Shown: piece by piece, positions 1 through 8,646 of the stretch
How positions within the stretch are numbered: the first letter of the stretch is position 1
Layout of the letters: each line of letters begins with the position of its first letter
Assembly (NCBI GenBank): GCA_021826065.1
Contig: JAKADY010000011.1
Coordinates: 7-64,006 of the forward strand
Direction: 5' to 3'
Source: Pseudomonadota bacterium
Lineage (GTDB): Bacteria; Pseudomonadota; Gammaproteobacteria; Burkholderiales; Thiobacillaceae
Length of the DNA: 64,000 nucleotides
Program-made: the position numbers and the translations under genes
Notes under the pieces: model-generated
The model's database searches: none
What the model was told of the DNA's origin: nothing
What the model saw: the letters and a program-made list of their open reading frames with translations, nothing else

Positions 1-226
1 GGCAAGGCGCGACGACGCCGCAGGGTGGGCTGCCTGCAAGGAGGAGCAACGCAGCCAGACGGGCGTACAAGACCGAAGGCGGGCGCGGAGCGTGTTCACC
101 CTCTGGGAGCGGATGACCGGAGGCAAAATCTCATGCATCATCGAGCTGTTACGAAGCCATAAGAGCGGTCAACTGCGGTTTTTAGGATTATAGCCGATTC
201 GCATCCGCGCCCCCGCTACTCACCCC

Positions 227-1372
227 ATGTTTTCCAACCGTGCCAGCATCCCCGCCGCACTGCAAAGCTTCAAGCTGGAAGGGCGTATGCTCTGCTACAA
301 CAGCTTCGTGCCCAAGCTCTACAACTGGTGCCTGTCACTGGGCTTCACGCCGGGCAAGATCATGCCCTCCCGCGCCTTCTGTTCGGATGAGAGCCAGGGC
401 TTTCCCATCATCCTGCTAGCCAAGCACTTCGGCGCCTTTCCCTTCAACCACGGCCGCGTGGGCGGCATCGTCTCGGTGGAGCGGCACGCACCCCACGCCG
501 ACCACGGCAAGGACCTGGTCCTGCTCCAGGCCAGCCATGTCGGCTATGACCCCGATACCGGCGAGTTCGGGGTCTATCGCCGGCTGCACACCGAGCACGG
601 CGGCAACACCTGCGCCTGCGGCAAGATCGGCCGCATCGTCGAGCAATACGCCAAGGATTACACCTACGCCTGTGAGAGCGTGCGCCTGCTGCGCCACGAG
701 GGCCAGCCGGCGGTGCTCATCGACTATCTGCTGATCGCCCATCCGCAAAAGCAGGGGCTTTACCTCGTCGCGCAGAACCTGGTTCAGGATGCCGAGCGGG
801 GTCTGCCCCGCCCGCTCGCCACCCGCAGCACCGGCTATGTCTATCGCGCCGCCGATAGCCTGGTCGCCCGCCTGGGCGAGGCGACCTGGCCGGAGACGGG
901 CAGCATCGCCATCGGCCAACACCTCAGTGCGGAGGACTTCTACTTCCAGCGCGAGGGCAGCTGGCCCGACCCCTTCCAGGACCAGCTGGAGCAGAATCTG
1001 CTCGCCCCCATGCCCTGGATCCTGACCTCCAAACACCCGCTGCTCACCGCCGCCTGCGCCAACACCTTAGCCGAGTTCGAACGCACCTACCGCAGTTTGC
1101 TGCAGTCACCGGCCATGCGTGGCAAGAACCTGGTCTTCGTGGGCGGGCTCAACATCGACATCTCGCCGCACCTGGGCGACGACTTCCCGCTGACCAAGTT
1201 CGTGCCCTGGGCCGCCTTCGTGCAGTATGCCGATGGCCGTCAGGAGATCCTGGAGCAGGACGACTTGTACCAATGCCTGAGCGCCATGCCCCGGGACAAC
1301 CCGGCCCAGATCGATCTCGAGCGCTCCATCGCGGCCATGTCGGCAAAGGAAGAGGTGCAGGTGCGGATCTAA
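227..1372 (+). CDS. LCIB/LCIC-like beta-carbonic-anhydrase-fold protein (candidate)
   Basis: 381-aa ORF. Block AFCSDESQGFPIILLAKHFGAFPFNHG holds Cys52; His104 is in QASHVGYD; Cys129/131 are in TCACGK. In this Cys..His..Cys layout His and the second Cys are ~25 aa apart, as I recall for the LCIB family, not the canonical HxxC. No clear SD at the ATG; Met21 is an alternative start. Confidence 0.5.
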   Translation: MFSNRASIPAALQSFKLEGRMLCYNSFVPKLYNWCLSLGFTPGKIMPSRAFCSDESQGFPIILLAKHFGAFPFNHGRVGGIVSVERHAPHADHGKDLVLLQASHVGYDPDTGEFGVYRRLHTEHGGNTCACGKIGRIVEQYAKDYTYACESVRLLRHEGQPAVLIDYLLIAHPQKQGLYLVAQNLVQDAERGLPRPLATRSTGYVYRAADSLVARLGEATWPETGSIAIGQHLSAEDFYFQREGSWPDPFQDQLEQNLLAPMPWILTSKHPLLTAACANTLAEFERTYRSLLQSPAMRGKNLVFVGGLNIDISPHLGDDFPLTKFVPWAAFVQYADGRQEILEQDDLYQCLSAMPRDNPAQIDLERSIAAMSAKEEVQVRI

Positions 1373-1539
1373 GGCAGGCGCGTTCGGCCCGGGGTCGATG
1401 CATCACACCCGTGCCGTGCCAAGTCTGGCGGCGATGCCGCCGCACCCTCACAGCGCCCTGAATCGCCCTCTCCCGCCGCGGCAACGGGTCATTCGCCGTC
1501 CGCAGCGGAGCCATTGCGCCGACCGACGCCGGCCGTGAC

Positions 1540-1761
1540 CTAGCCCCGTTCCCGCCCCGCCGCGACGTCGGCCCCGTCCTCGCCCGCCGGCGCGGTCTTC
1601 CCGCTGGGTTGCCATTCCACCCCATGCCGCTTCAGGTATTCGCGGATGAGCTGACGCACCACCTGCGAGGGCGTCATGTCCTGTTGTGCGCAAAGCTGTT
1701 CGAAGGCCTTCTTCTTGGCGGGGTCCAGCAGCACGGTTAAGCGGGCCGTCTTGCGTTCCAT
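1540..1761 (-). CDS. ribbon-helix-helix (CopG/Arc-type) DNA-binding protein
   Basis: 73-aa ORF. KTARLTVLLDPAKKKAFEQLCAQQDMTPSQVVRQLIREYL fits a beta-strand plus two-helix RHH layout, followed by a Gly/acidic tail. ATG at 1761, directly beside a palindrome cluster. Confidence 0.65.
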   Translation of the reverse strand: MERKTARLTVLLDPAKKKAFEQLCAQQDMTPSQVVRQLIREYLKRHGVEWQPSGKTAPAGEDGADVAAGRERG

Positions 1762-1772
1762 GGTCGTCTGAT

Positions 1773-1815
1773 ATTATCATGCCATGATAATGCTATGCTC
1801 ATAGCATATGCATAT
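1773..1815. promoter_or_regulatory. three abutting perfect palindromes (candidate RHH operator) in a divergent promoter region
   Basis: ATTATCATG-C-CATGATAAT (1773-1791), TGCTATG-CT-CATAGCA (1791-1806), ATATGCATAT (1806-1815). AT-rich island 12 bp from the RHH start codon and ~115 bp upstream of the hyfB-like start. Confidence 0.5.
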
Positions 1816-1929
1816 CCTGTCAATATCCCCTTGGTATCCGCCGGCCGGCGCGCCCCATGTCCAGAATCCCCATCACCCGTCGCAGGCACTCGCAGGTGCG
1901 CCGGGTAGCGCACGTCCCGTCTGCAGGCC

Positions 1930-3942
1930 ATGCCTGAGACCACGCTCCTGGACTGGGCCTGGGCCGTCGTCTTGTATTGGCTCGGGCTGGCCGCTGCAAG
2001 CCTGGCGCTGCAGACGCAGGCCGGCCTCACGCGCTGGGTCGTTTTTCCGCTCGGCATCCTTGGGGCTGCTGCCATGGCGGTCCTGGGGGCGCTGGCCCTG
2101 GCTTCGCCGCCGACCCAGTTCATCCTGCCGATCGGCCTGCCAGAGCTGCCCTTCCACCTGCGCCTGGATGCCCTGTCCGGATTCTTCCTGATCCTGCTGG
2201 GGGTGGCCTCGTCCGGGGTGGGGATCTACGCCATCGGTTATTTCCGGCACATGGCCGCCGGCCCGCTCGCCGTTTTGAGCCTTTGGTACCACCTGTTCCT
2301 CGCCGGCATGGCCCTGGTGCTGCTGGCAGACGACGCCTACGCCTTCATGGTGGCCTGGGAGCTGATGGCGCTGGCGTCCTATTTCCTGGTGACCACAGAC
2401 CACAAGATCCCCGACATCCGCCGCGCCGGTTTCCTCTACCTGCTCATCGCCCATGTCGGGGCGGTCGCCCTGCTGCTCGCCTTCGGCGTGCTGCACGGCA
2501 GCGATCCGGCGCGCATGGCCGCCTACAGCTTCGACGCCATGCGGGAAAACACCCTGAACCCCGCCTGGGCCTCAGTCACCTTCCTGCTCGCCCTGTTCGG
2601 CTTCGGTGCCAAGGCGGGGCTGGTCCCCTTGCACGTCTGGCTGCCGGAGGCCCACCCAGCGGCCCCCTCCCCGGTTTCCGCCCTGATGAGCGGGGTCATG
2701 CTGAAGACCGCGATCTACGGGCTGCTGCGCGTCAGTCTGGACCTCATCGGCGCGCCGCCGGCCTGGTGGGGTACCGTGGCCCTCTCCCTGGGGCTCGTCA
2801 CCGCCCTCTATGGCGTGATCTTCGCCGCCGTGCAGTCGGACATGAAGCGGCTGCTGGCCTGGTCCTCCATCGAGAACATCGGCTTCATCATCGCCGCCTT
2901 CGGCCTCACCCTGATCTTTCACGCCGATGGCAAGGGGGCCCTGGCGGCACTGACCCTGACCGCCCTGCTCTATCACGCCCTCAACCACGCCCTGTTCAAG
3001 AGCCTGTTGTTCGTCGGCACCGGCTCGGTACTGCATGCCACCGGCGAGCGGCGCATGGGGCGCCTGGGGGGGCTGATCCGCTTCATGCCCTGGACGGCCT
3101 GGCTCATGCTGCTGGGGGCCCTGGCCATCGCCGGGTTACCACCACTCAACGGTTTCGTCTCCGAATGGCTGCTGCTGCAGGCCTTCCTGCTCACGCCCGG
3201 CCTCACCCAGCCCTATCTCAACATGGCCATCCCGGTGGCCGCCGCCGTGGTGGTGCTGGCCGCCGCCCTAGCCGCCTATGTCATGGTGAAGTTCTACGGC
3301 GTCATCTTCCTCGGCCAGCCGCGCGATCCTGAACTCAATGAGGCGCACGAGGCCGGCTGGCCGGAGCGGCTGAGTATGCTGGGGCTGGCGGCGGGCTGTG
3401 TGGTCCTGGGGCTCGTACCCTCGCAGATGATCGGCTGGCTCAACCCCGTGGTGGAGGCGCTGCTCCAGCAGACCCTGCCCAACGACGGCAACTGGCTCAT
3501 GGTCGCGCCGCTGTCCGCGCAGCGCGCGAGTTACGCCCCGCTCGTGTTCCTCGCCGTCGTCAGTGCCATCACCCTGCTGGTCTTCTTCGGCGTGAAATAC
3601 GTCTACCACGGCCGGGTGCGCCGCGCCGCCCCCTGGGACTGCGGCTACCCGGAGCTCGACGCGCGCATGCAGGACAGCGCCGAGGGTTTCGGCCAACCCA
3701 TACGTCTGATCTTCAGCGCCTTCATGCGGGTCGAGCGCATCACCCCCGACCCCTTCGATCGCCAACCCCAATACCGTGGCGACAGCCGCGACAAGGTCTG
3801 GCTGTGGCTCTACCAGCCCATCGCCGCCGCGGCGGCCTGGCTCTCGGCGCAGGCGAGCCGGCTGCAGCACGGTCGTATCCAGTGGTATCTGATCTACAGC
3901 TTCGCCACCCTGATCTTCCTGCTCGTCTTCGTCACCCGTTAG
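1930..3942 (+). CDS. HyfB/NuoL-like antiporter-type membrane subunit of a hydrogenase-4-like (Ehr-type) complex
   Basis: 670-aa polytopic ORF of HyfB-like size. Carries the Mrp/NuoL-family core (WELMALASYFLV, GFGAKAGLVPLHVWLPEAHPAAPSPVSALMSGVMLK) and a HyfB-type C-terminal extension. Confidence 0.85.
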   Translation: MPETTLLDWAWAVVLYWLGLAAASLALQTQAGLTRWVVFPLGILGAAAMAVLGALALASPPTQFILPIGLPELPFHLRLDALSGFFLILLGVASSGVGIYAIGYFRHMAAGPLAVLSLWYHLFLAGMALVLLADDAYAFMVAWELMALASYFLVTTDHKIPDIRRAGFLYLLIAHVGAVALLLAFGVLHGSDPARMAAYSFDAMRENTLNPAWASVTFLLALFGFGAKAGLVPLHVWLPEAHPAAPSPVSALMSGVMLKTAIYGLLRVSLDLIGAPPAWWGTVALSLGLVTALYGVIFAAVQSDMKRLLAWSSIENIGFIIAAFGLTLIFHADGKGALAALTLTALLYHALNHALFKSLLFVGTGSVLHATGERRMGRLGGLIRFMPWTAWLMLLGALAIAGLPPLNGFVSEWLLLQAFLLTPGLTQPYLNMAIPVAAAVVVLAAALAAYVMVKFYGVIFLGQPRDPELNEAHEAGWPERLSMLGLAAGCVVLGLVPSQMIGWLNPVVEALLQQTLPNDGNWLMVAPLSAQRASYAPLVFLAVVSAITLLVFFGVKYVYHGRVRRAAPWDCGYPELDARMQDSAEGFGQPIRLIFSAFMRVERITPDPFDRQPQYRGDSRDKVWLWLYQPIAAAAAWLSAQASRLQHGRIQWYLIYSFATLIFLLVFVTR

Positions 3943-3946
3943 CCCC

Positions 3947-4891
3947 ATGACCACCGGTATCGCGCTCCAGATCGGCCAGACCCTGCTGGCCCTCGTGCTC
4001 GCGCCCATGCTGATGGGCTGGGTCAACGTCTGCCGCGCCTGGCTGCAGGGCCGCGTCGCGCCGCCCCTGCTGCAGCCCTACTACAACCTGCGCAAGCTCT
4101 TCCACAAGGACGCCGTGCTGGCGCACGACGCCACCCGCCTGTTCCGCTTCGCCCCCTATATCATCTTCGCCTGCATGGTGCTGGCCGCCGGCATCGTCCC
4201 CACCCTGGCGAACGATCTGCCGTTCTCGCCGGCGGCGGACGTGATCGCCCTGGTCGGCCTGTTCGCCCTGGCCCGGGTCTTCCAGGCCCTGGCGGCGCTG
4301 GACATCGGCACCGCCTTCGGGAGCCTGGGGGCGCGACGCGAGATGCTGATCGCCTTCCTGGCCGAGCCGGCGCTGCTGATGGTCTTCTTCACCGCCAGCC
4401 TCATCTCCCAGTCCACCGAACTGCCCCACATCGTGGACCGCCTGGCCCACCAGGAATTCGCGCTCTATCCCAGCCTCGCCTTCGCGGCGGTGGCCTTTTG
4501 GATGGTCTCCACCGCCGAGAACGCCCGCATCCCGGTGGACAACCCCACCACCCATCTGGAGCTGACCATGATCCACGAGGCGATGGTGCTGGAATACTCC
4601 GCCCGGCACCTGGCCATGATCGAGTGGGCGGTGGCCTTGAAGCTCTTCACCTACTCCACCCTGGGTATCGCGCTCTTCCTGCCATGGGGCATCGCACCGG
4701 CGGGGGACCTCAACGCCCTGCCGCTCGCCCTGCTGGCGCTTGCCCTCAAGCTGGCGATAGGAGGGGCGGCGCTCGCCCTGCTGGAGACGGTCAACGCCAA
4801 GATGCGCCTGTTCCGCGCCCCCGAATTCCTTGGCACCGCCTTCCTGCTGGCGGTGCTTGGGATGCTCACGCACTTCCTGCTGGAGGTCTGA
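3947..4891 (+). CDS. HyfC/HycD/NuoH-like membrane subunit
   Basis: 314-aa polytopic ORF starting 4 nt after the preceding stop. N-terminus LAPMLMGWVNVCRAWLQGRVAPPLLQPYYNLRKLFHKD is typical of formate-hydrogenlyase subunit 4 / NuoH. Confidence 0.85.
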   Translation: MTTGIALQIGQTLLALVLAPMLMGWVNVCRAWLQGRVAPPLLQPYYNLRKLFHKDAVLAHDATRLFRFAPYIIFACMVLAAGIVPTLANDLPFSPAADVIALVGLFALARVFQALAALDIGTAFGSLGARREMLIAFLAEPALLMVFFTASLISQSTELPHIVDRLAHQEFALYPSLAFAAVAFWMVSTAENARIPVDNPTTHLELTMIHEAMVLEYSARHLAMIEWAVALKLFTYSTLGIALFLPWGIAPAGDLNALPLALLALALKLAIGGAALALLETVNAKMRLFRAPEFLGTAFLLAVLGMLTHFLLEV

Positions 4892-4892
4892 G

Positions 4893-5555
4893 GTGAGCCT
4901 GACCTACCACCTGCAAGTCGTCAACCTGCTGGCCGCGCTGCTGCTGCTGATCGCCTTCGCCATGCTGTCGCAGCGCCGCATCGTCGGGTTGATCACCCTG
5001 TTCGCCTGGCAGGGGGCAGCGCTGGCGACCTCGACCGCCATCGTCGCCTGGTCCACCGGTCAGCATCACCTCTACTACTCCGCCGCCCTGACCCTGGGCC
5101 TCAAGGTGGTCCTCGTGCCCTGGTACTTCTTCCGGTTGATCCGCCAGCTCGACGTGGACCGGGAGGTGGAGCCGATGATCAACATCCCCACCACCATGCT
5201 GATCGGCATCATTCTGGTGATCTTCGCCTTCAACCTGGCCCTGCCCATCTCGCAGATGGCCGGCACGGTGACGCGCTCCACCCTGGGGATTGCGCTGGCC
5301 AGCGTGCTGCTCGCCTTCCTCATGATGATCACGCGCAGCAAGGCCATCCCCCAGGTGATCGGCTTCCTGGCCATGGAAAACGGCCTGTTCTTCGCCGCCA
5401 CCAGCGCCACCTACGGCATGCCCCTGGTGGTGGAGCTCGGCGTGGCCCTGGACGTGCTGGTGGCCGTGTTCGTGCTGGGTATCTTCTTCTTCCACATCCG
5501 CGAGACCTTCGACTCGATGGATCTCAAGCACATGGAGCGACTGCGGGAGAAATGA
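4893..5555 (+). CDS. HyfE-like small membrane subunit
   Basis: In-frame GTG at 4893, 1 nt after the hyfC-like stop (the track ORF start at 4830 overlaps the upstream gene). ~220 aa, hydrophobic, ending MENGLFFAA...LDVLVAVFVLGIF as in hydrogenase-4 component E. Confidence 0.8.
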   Translation: MSLTYHLQVVNLLAALLLLIAFAMLSQRRIVGLITLFAWQGAALATSTAIVAWSTGQHHLYYSAALTLGLKVVLVPWYFFRLIRQLDVDREVEPMINIPTTMLIGIILVIFAFNLALPISQMAGTVTRSTLGIALASVLLAFLMMITRSKAIPQVIGFLAMENGLFFAATSATYGMPLVVELGVALDVLVAVFVLGIFFFHIRETFDSMDLKHMERLREK

Positions 5556-5623
5556 GCCCGGTCGGCATCTCCTCTTTGCCGCGCAACGCGCTTGCCAGCG
5601 CCGCACTCGGGAGGACGGCGTAG

Positions 5624-7081
5624 ATGGAAATGTATTGGTTGCTGGGCTTGCCGCTCGCCGGCGGTATCACCCTGGCCTTCTGGGGCCATCGCGCGCATGC
5701 CCCGGAGATCAACGCCGCCTTCAGCCTGGCCACCCTCATCGCCGCCGGGTGGCTGACCGCCCACATCGTGGCGGAAGGCCCGGTGCTGATCGGCGGCGAT
5801 GGCTGGTTCTACATCGATGCCTTCAACGTCTTTCTGGTGGCGCTCACCGCCTTCGTCGCCTTCACCACGGCGCTCTTCTCGCGCCCCTACATGCGCATCG
5901 AACAGGCGCACGGCCGGGTGAACGCAGCACGGCTGCGCCTGTACCACGCCAGCTATCAACTGTTCATCGGCACCATGCTGCTGGCGCTGACCACCAACAA
6001 CATGGGCATCCTCTGGGTGGCCATGGAGGCGGCCACCCTCACCACCGTGCTGCTGGTATCGCTCTACCGCACACCGGCCGCCCTGGAGGCCGCATGGAAA
6101 TACTTCATCCTCTGCGGCGTTGGCATCGCGCTGGCCCTGTTCGGCACCATCCTGCTCTATTTCGCGGCGGAACAGGTGCTGGGCGCTGGCGGCGGGGCAC
6201 TGTCCTGGACGCACCTCAATGCGGTGAAGACCCGGCTGGAACCCGTCGTGCTGCAGCTGGCCTTCGTCTTCCTGCTGGTGGGCTACGGCACCAAGGTGGG
6301 CCTGGTGCCCTTGCACAGCTGGCTGCCCGACGCCCATGGCGAGGGGCCCACCCCCATCTCCGCCGTGCTCTCGGGTCTGTTGCTCAACGTGGCCCTCTAT
6401 GCGGTGATGCGTTCCAAGGTCCTGGTGGACGGGGCGCTGGGCGGCGCCAGCCTGGCCGGTGCCCTGATGATGGGGTTCGGGCTGCTGTCGGTGCTCGTCG
6501 CCGCCCTGCTCATCCGGCGACAGACCGACGTCAAGCGGATGTTCGCCTATTCCTCCATCGAGCACATGGGGTTGATCACCTTTGCCTTCGGCATGGGTGG
6601 GATGGTGGCCTCCTTTGCGGCGCTGTTGCACATGACCGTGCACTCGCTGACCAAGTCGGCCATCTTCTACGCCGTGGGTCATGCCACGCAAAAGGCTGGC
6701 ACGCAGGTGATGGAGGACATCCGTGGCCTGATCAAGACCAATCCCACCATCGGTTGGGGCCTGATCCTCGGCACCATCGCCATCCTGGGCGTGCCACCAT
6801 TCGGCGTGTTCGCCAGCGAGTTCCTCATCATCACCACCACCATGCACCAGCACCCCTGGGCCACCCCGGTGCTGCTCACGGCACTGGGCGTGGCCTTCGC
6901 TGCCATGTTCGGGCGCGTGCAGCCCATGGTCTTCGGCGAGACCACCCTGCCGCGGCTGCCGCATCAGCCGGCCCTGCTGCCGGTGTTCGTCCACCTGGCG
7001 CTGGTGCTGATGTTGGGCCTGTTCATTCCGGGCTATCTCGCCCACTGGTATCGTCAGGCGGCGTGCCTGCTCGGCGGCTGA
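5624..7081 (+). CDS. HyfF/NuoM/N-like antiporter-type membrane subunit
   Basis: 485-aa polytopic ORF with GGGAGGA SD 8 nt upstream. Motifs GILWVAMEAATLTTVLLV and GYGTKVGLVPLHSWLPDAHGEGPTPISAVLSG match the complex-I antiporter-like family. Confidence 0.85.
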   Translation: MEMYWLLGLPLAGGITLAFWGHRAHAPEINAAFSLATLIAAGWLTAHIVAEGPVLIGGDGWFYIDAFNVFLVALTAFVAFTTALFSRPYMRIEQAHGRVNAARLRLYHASYQLFIGTMLLALTTNNMGILWVAMEAATLTTVLLVSLYRTPAALEAAWKYFILCGVGIALALFGTILLYFAAEQVLGAGGGALSWTHLNAVKTRLEPVVLQLAFVFLLVGYGTKVGLVPLHSWLPDAHGEGPTPISAVLSGLLLNVALYAVMRSKVLVDGALGGASLAGALMMGFGLLSVLVAALLIRRQTDVKRMFAYSSIEHMGLITFAFGMGGMVASFAALLHMTVHSLTKSAIFYAVGHATQKAGTQVMEDIRGLIKTNPTIGWGLILGTIAILGVPPFGVFASEFLIITTTMHQHPWATPVLLTALGVAFAAMFGRVQPMVFGETTLPRLPHQPALLPVFVHLALVLMLGLFIPGYLAHWYRQAACLLGG

Positions 7082-7093
7082 GGGTCAGGCGAC

Positions 7094-8644
7094 ATGGACA
7101 CGCACATCGGCGACATCGAACTCACCCTCACCCCGCAGGGCGGCAGCGCCGTCTGGCGCTTCGGCCTCGCACCTGAGCGGCTGCCGGCCTTCGCCCGCGC
7201 CATCCAAGAGGAAGGCGGGCAGTTGTTGGCCCTGTGGGGTAGCGACGACCGCCATCTCGGGCGCGGCTTCGGCCTGCATATGGTATTCCTATCGAGCCAA
7301 GGGCTCGTCTGGACCCAGGCCGATCTGCCCGCCGCAGCCCCGGAGTATCCCGACCTCGCCGCCATCTTCCCCCAGGCCGAGCGCATGCAACGCGCCGCCT
7401 ATGACCTGCTGGGGCTGCGCGCCAGCGGCGCGGTGGATGGCCGCAAATGGCTGCGCCACACCGCCTGGGGGGAAGACGAATACCCCCTGCGCAAGGACGC
7501 CCCGAGTCAGCCCCCTCCCGCCTCACCTACCCAGGCGGACGCCTACCCATTCATCCGCGTGGCCGGCGATGGCGTACACGAGATCCCGGTCGGTCCCATC
7601 CATGCCGGCGTGATCGAACCAGGGCACTTCCGCTTCTCTGTCGTCGGCGACAAGGTGCTTCGGCTGGAGGAACGGCTGGGCTACACCCACAAGGGCATCG
7701 AGAAGCGCTTCGAGGGGATGGATTTGTCGCTGGGCGCGCGGCTGGCCGGGCGCGTGTCCGGTGACAGCCACTCAGCCTACACCTGGGCCTACTGCATGGC
7801 CGTGGAGGCGGCGCTGGGGTTCACGGTGCCCGAGCGGGCGCTGTGGCTGCGGGCCCTGCTCCTGGAGATGGAGCGCGTGGCCAACCACCTGGGCGACCTG
7901 GGCTATCTCGGCAACGACGTGGCCTTAAGCTTCGGTTTCGCCCAGTTCTGGCGGCTCAAGGAGGATTGGCTGCGCCTGGCACAGCGACTGTTCGGCCACC
8001 GCTATGCCTTCGACTGCATCGTCCCCGGCGGCGTAACGACCGACCTCGGCGAGGCGGACGCCCTACTGGACCTGGTGCGGCGGCTGAGGACCGAGGTCGC
8101 GGAGCTCAAGGCGGTCTACGACGAGCATGCCGGTGTGCAGGACCGTTTCGCCCACACCGGCCGGGTCGACCCGGCCATGGCCGCGCGTTTGGGGGTCATC
8201 GGCCTGGCGGGCCGGGCGAGCGCCCAGGCCTGGGACCTGCGCGTGCAATTCCCCCACCCGCCCTACGACCGGCTGGAGGTCAACATGGCCACCGACCGAC
8301 GCGGTGACGTGCTGGCCCGGGTCGAGGTGCGCTTTGCCGAGGTGTTCGAGTCGCTGCGCCTGATCGAGGCCATCGTGCAGCGGCTGCCCGCCGACCCCCT
8401 GCAGGCGGAGGTGCCGCACGCGGACGGCGTGCGCGAGGGCTTGGGCTATGTGGAGGGCTGGCGCGGCCCCGTCCTGGTGGCGGTGCGCATCGGCATGGAT
8501 GGCCGGCTCGACCGCGTACACCCGCATGACCCGTCATGGCAGAACTGGCCGGCGCTGGAGGTCGGTATCCTGGGCAACATCGTCCCGGATTTCCCGCTCA
8601 TCAACAAGTCCTTCAATCTGTCTTACAGCGGTCACGACCTCTAG
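7094..8644 (+). CDS. NuoC-NuoD/HycE-like large subunit lacking all [NiFe] cysteine ligands
   Basis: 516 aa with a NuoC-like N-terminus fused to a HycE/NuoD-like body (PVGPIHAGVIEPGHFRF, LGYTHKGIEKRFE). The expected RxCGxCxxxH site reads GRVSGDSHSAY. The expected C-terminal DPCxxC site reads NLSYSGHDL-stop. The protein has only 2 Cys, neither in a CxxC. Confidence 0.85.
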   Translation: MDTHIGDIELTLTPQGGSAVWRFGLAPERLPAFARAIQEEGGQLLALWGSDDRHLGRGFGLHMVFLSSQGLVWTQADLPAAAPEYPDLAAIFPQAERMQRAAYDLLGLRASGAVDGRKWLRHTAWGEDEYPLRKDAPSQPPPASPTQADAYPFIRVAGDGVHEIPVGPIHAGVIEPGHFRFSVVGDKVLRLEERLGYTHKGIEKRFEGMDLSLGARLAGRVSGDSHSAYTWAYCMAVEAALGFTVPERALWLRALLLEMERVANHLGDLGYLGNDVALSFGFAQFWRLKEDWLRLAQRLFGHRYAFDCIVPGGVTTDLGEADALLDLVRRLRTEVAELKAVYDEHAGVQDRFAHTGRVDPAMAARLGVIGLAGRASAQAWDLRVQFPHPPYDRLEVNMATDRRGDVLARVEVRFAEVFESLRLIEAIVQRLPADPLQAEVPHADGVREGLGYVEGWRGPVLVAVRIGMDGRLDRVHPHDPSWQNWPALEVGILGNIVPDFPLINKSFNLSYSGHDL

Positions 8645-8646
8645 CC

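Noticed and set aside
1-193. Open reading frame entering from the left window edge (frame 2, ending ...VFTLWERMTGGKISCIIELLRSHKSGQLRFLGL-stop at 191-193)
   Set aside because: Only ~60 codons are visible, the upstream part is Arg-rich and unconvincing, and I recognise no motif. It may be the 3' end of a real gene but cannot be supported.
1540-1761. RHH protein as the antitoxin of a toxin-antitoxin pair
   Set aside because: There is no toxin-sized ORF downstream (1373-1539 has no credible frame) or upstream on the same strand. I treat it as an orphan regulator.
5411-7045. 544-aa minus-strand ORF opposite the hyfF-like gene; likewise 15506..17395 and 22036..24009 opposite the two SulP genes and 416..1036, 1873..2496, 3268..4026, 3932..4873
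   Set aside because: These are shadow frames of polytopic membrane-protein genes. They are hydrophilic, rich in Gly/Arg/His/Glu/Gln, and lack start-site context.
1930-7081. DAB-type (DabB) DIC pump
   Set aside because: The HyfB/HyfF-like proteins belong to the same antiporter superfamily as DabB. However, no DabA-like (large beta-CA-like, ~800-1000 aa) gene is adjacent, and the subunit set is Hyf-like. I keep it as a separate, hypothetical system.
7094-8644. Calling the cluster a functional hydrogenase-4 / formate hydrogenlyase
   Set aside because: All four Ni-Fe cysteine ligand positions are substituted (Ser, Ser, Ser, Gly). No HyfA/HyfH ferredoxin-type, FdhF, Hyp or HycI genes are nearby. 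It is therefore annotated only as hydrogenase-like (Ehr-type).
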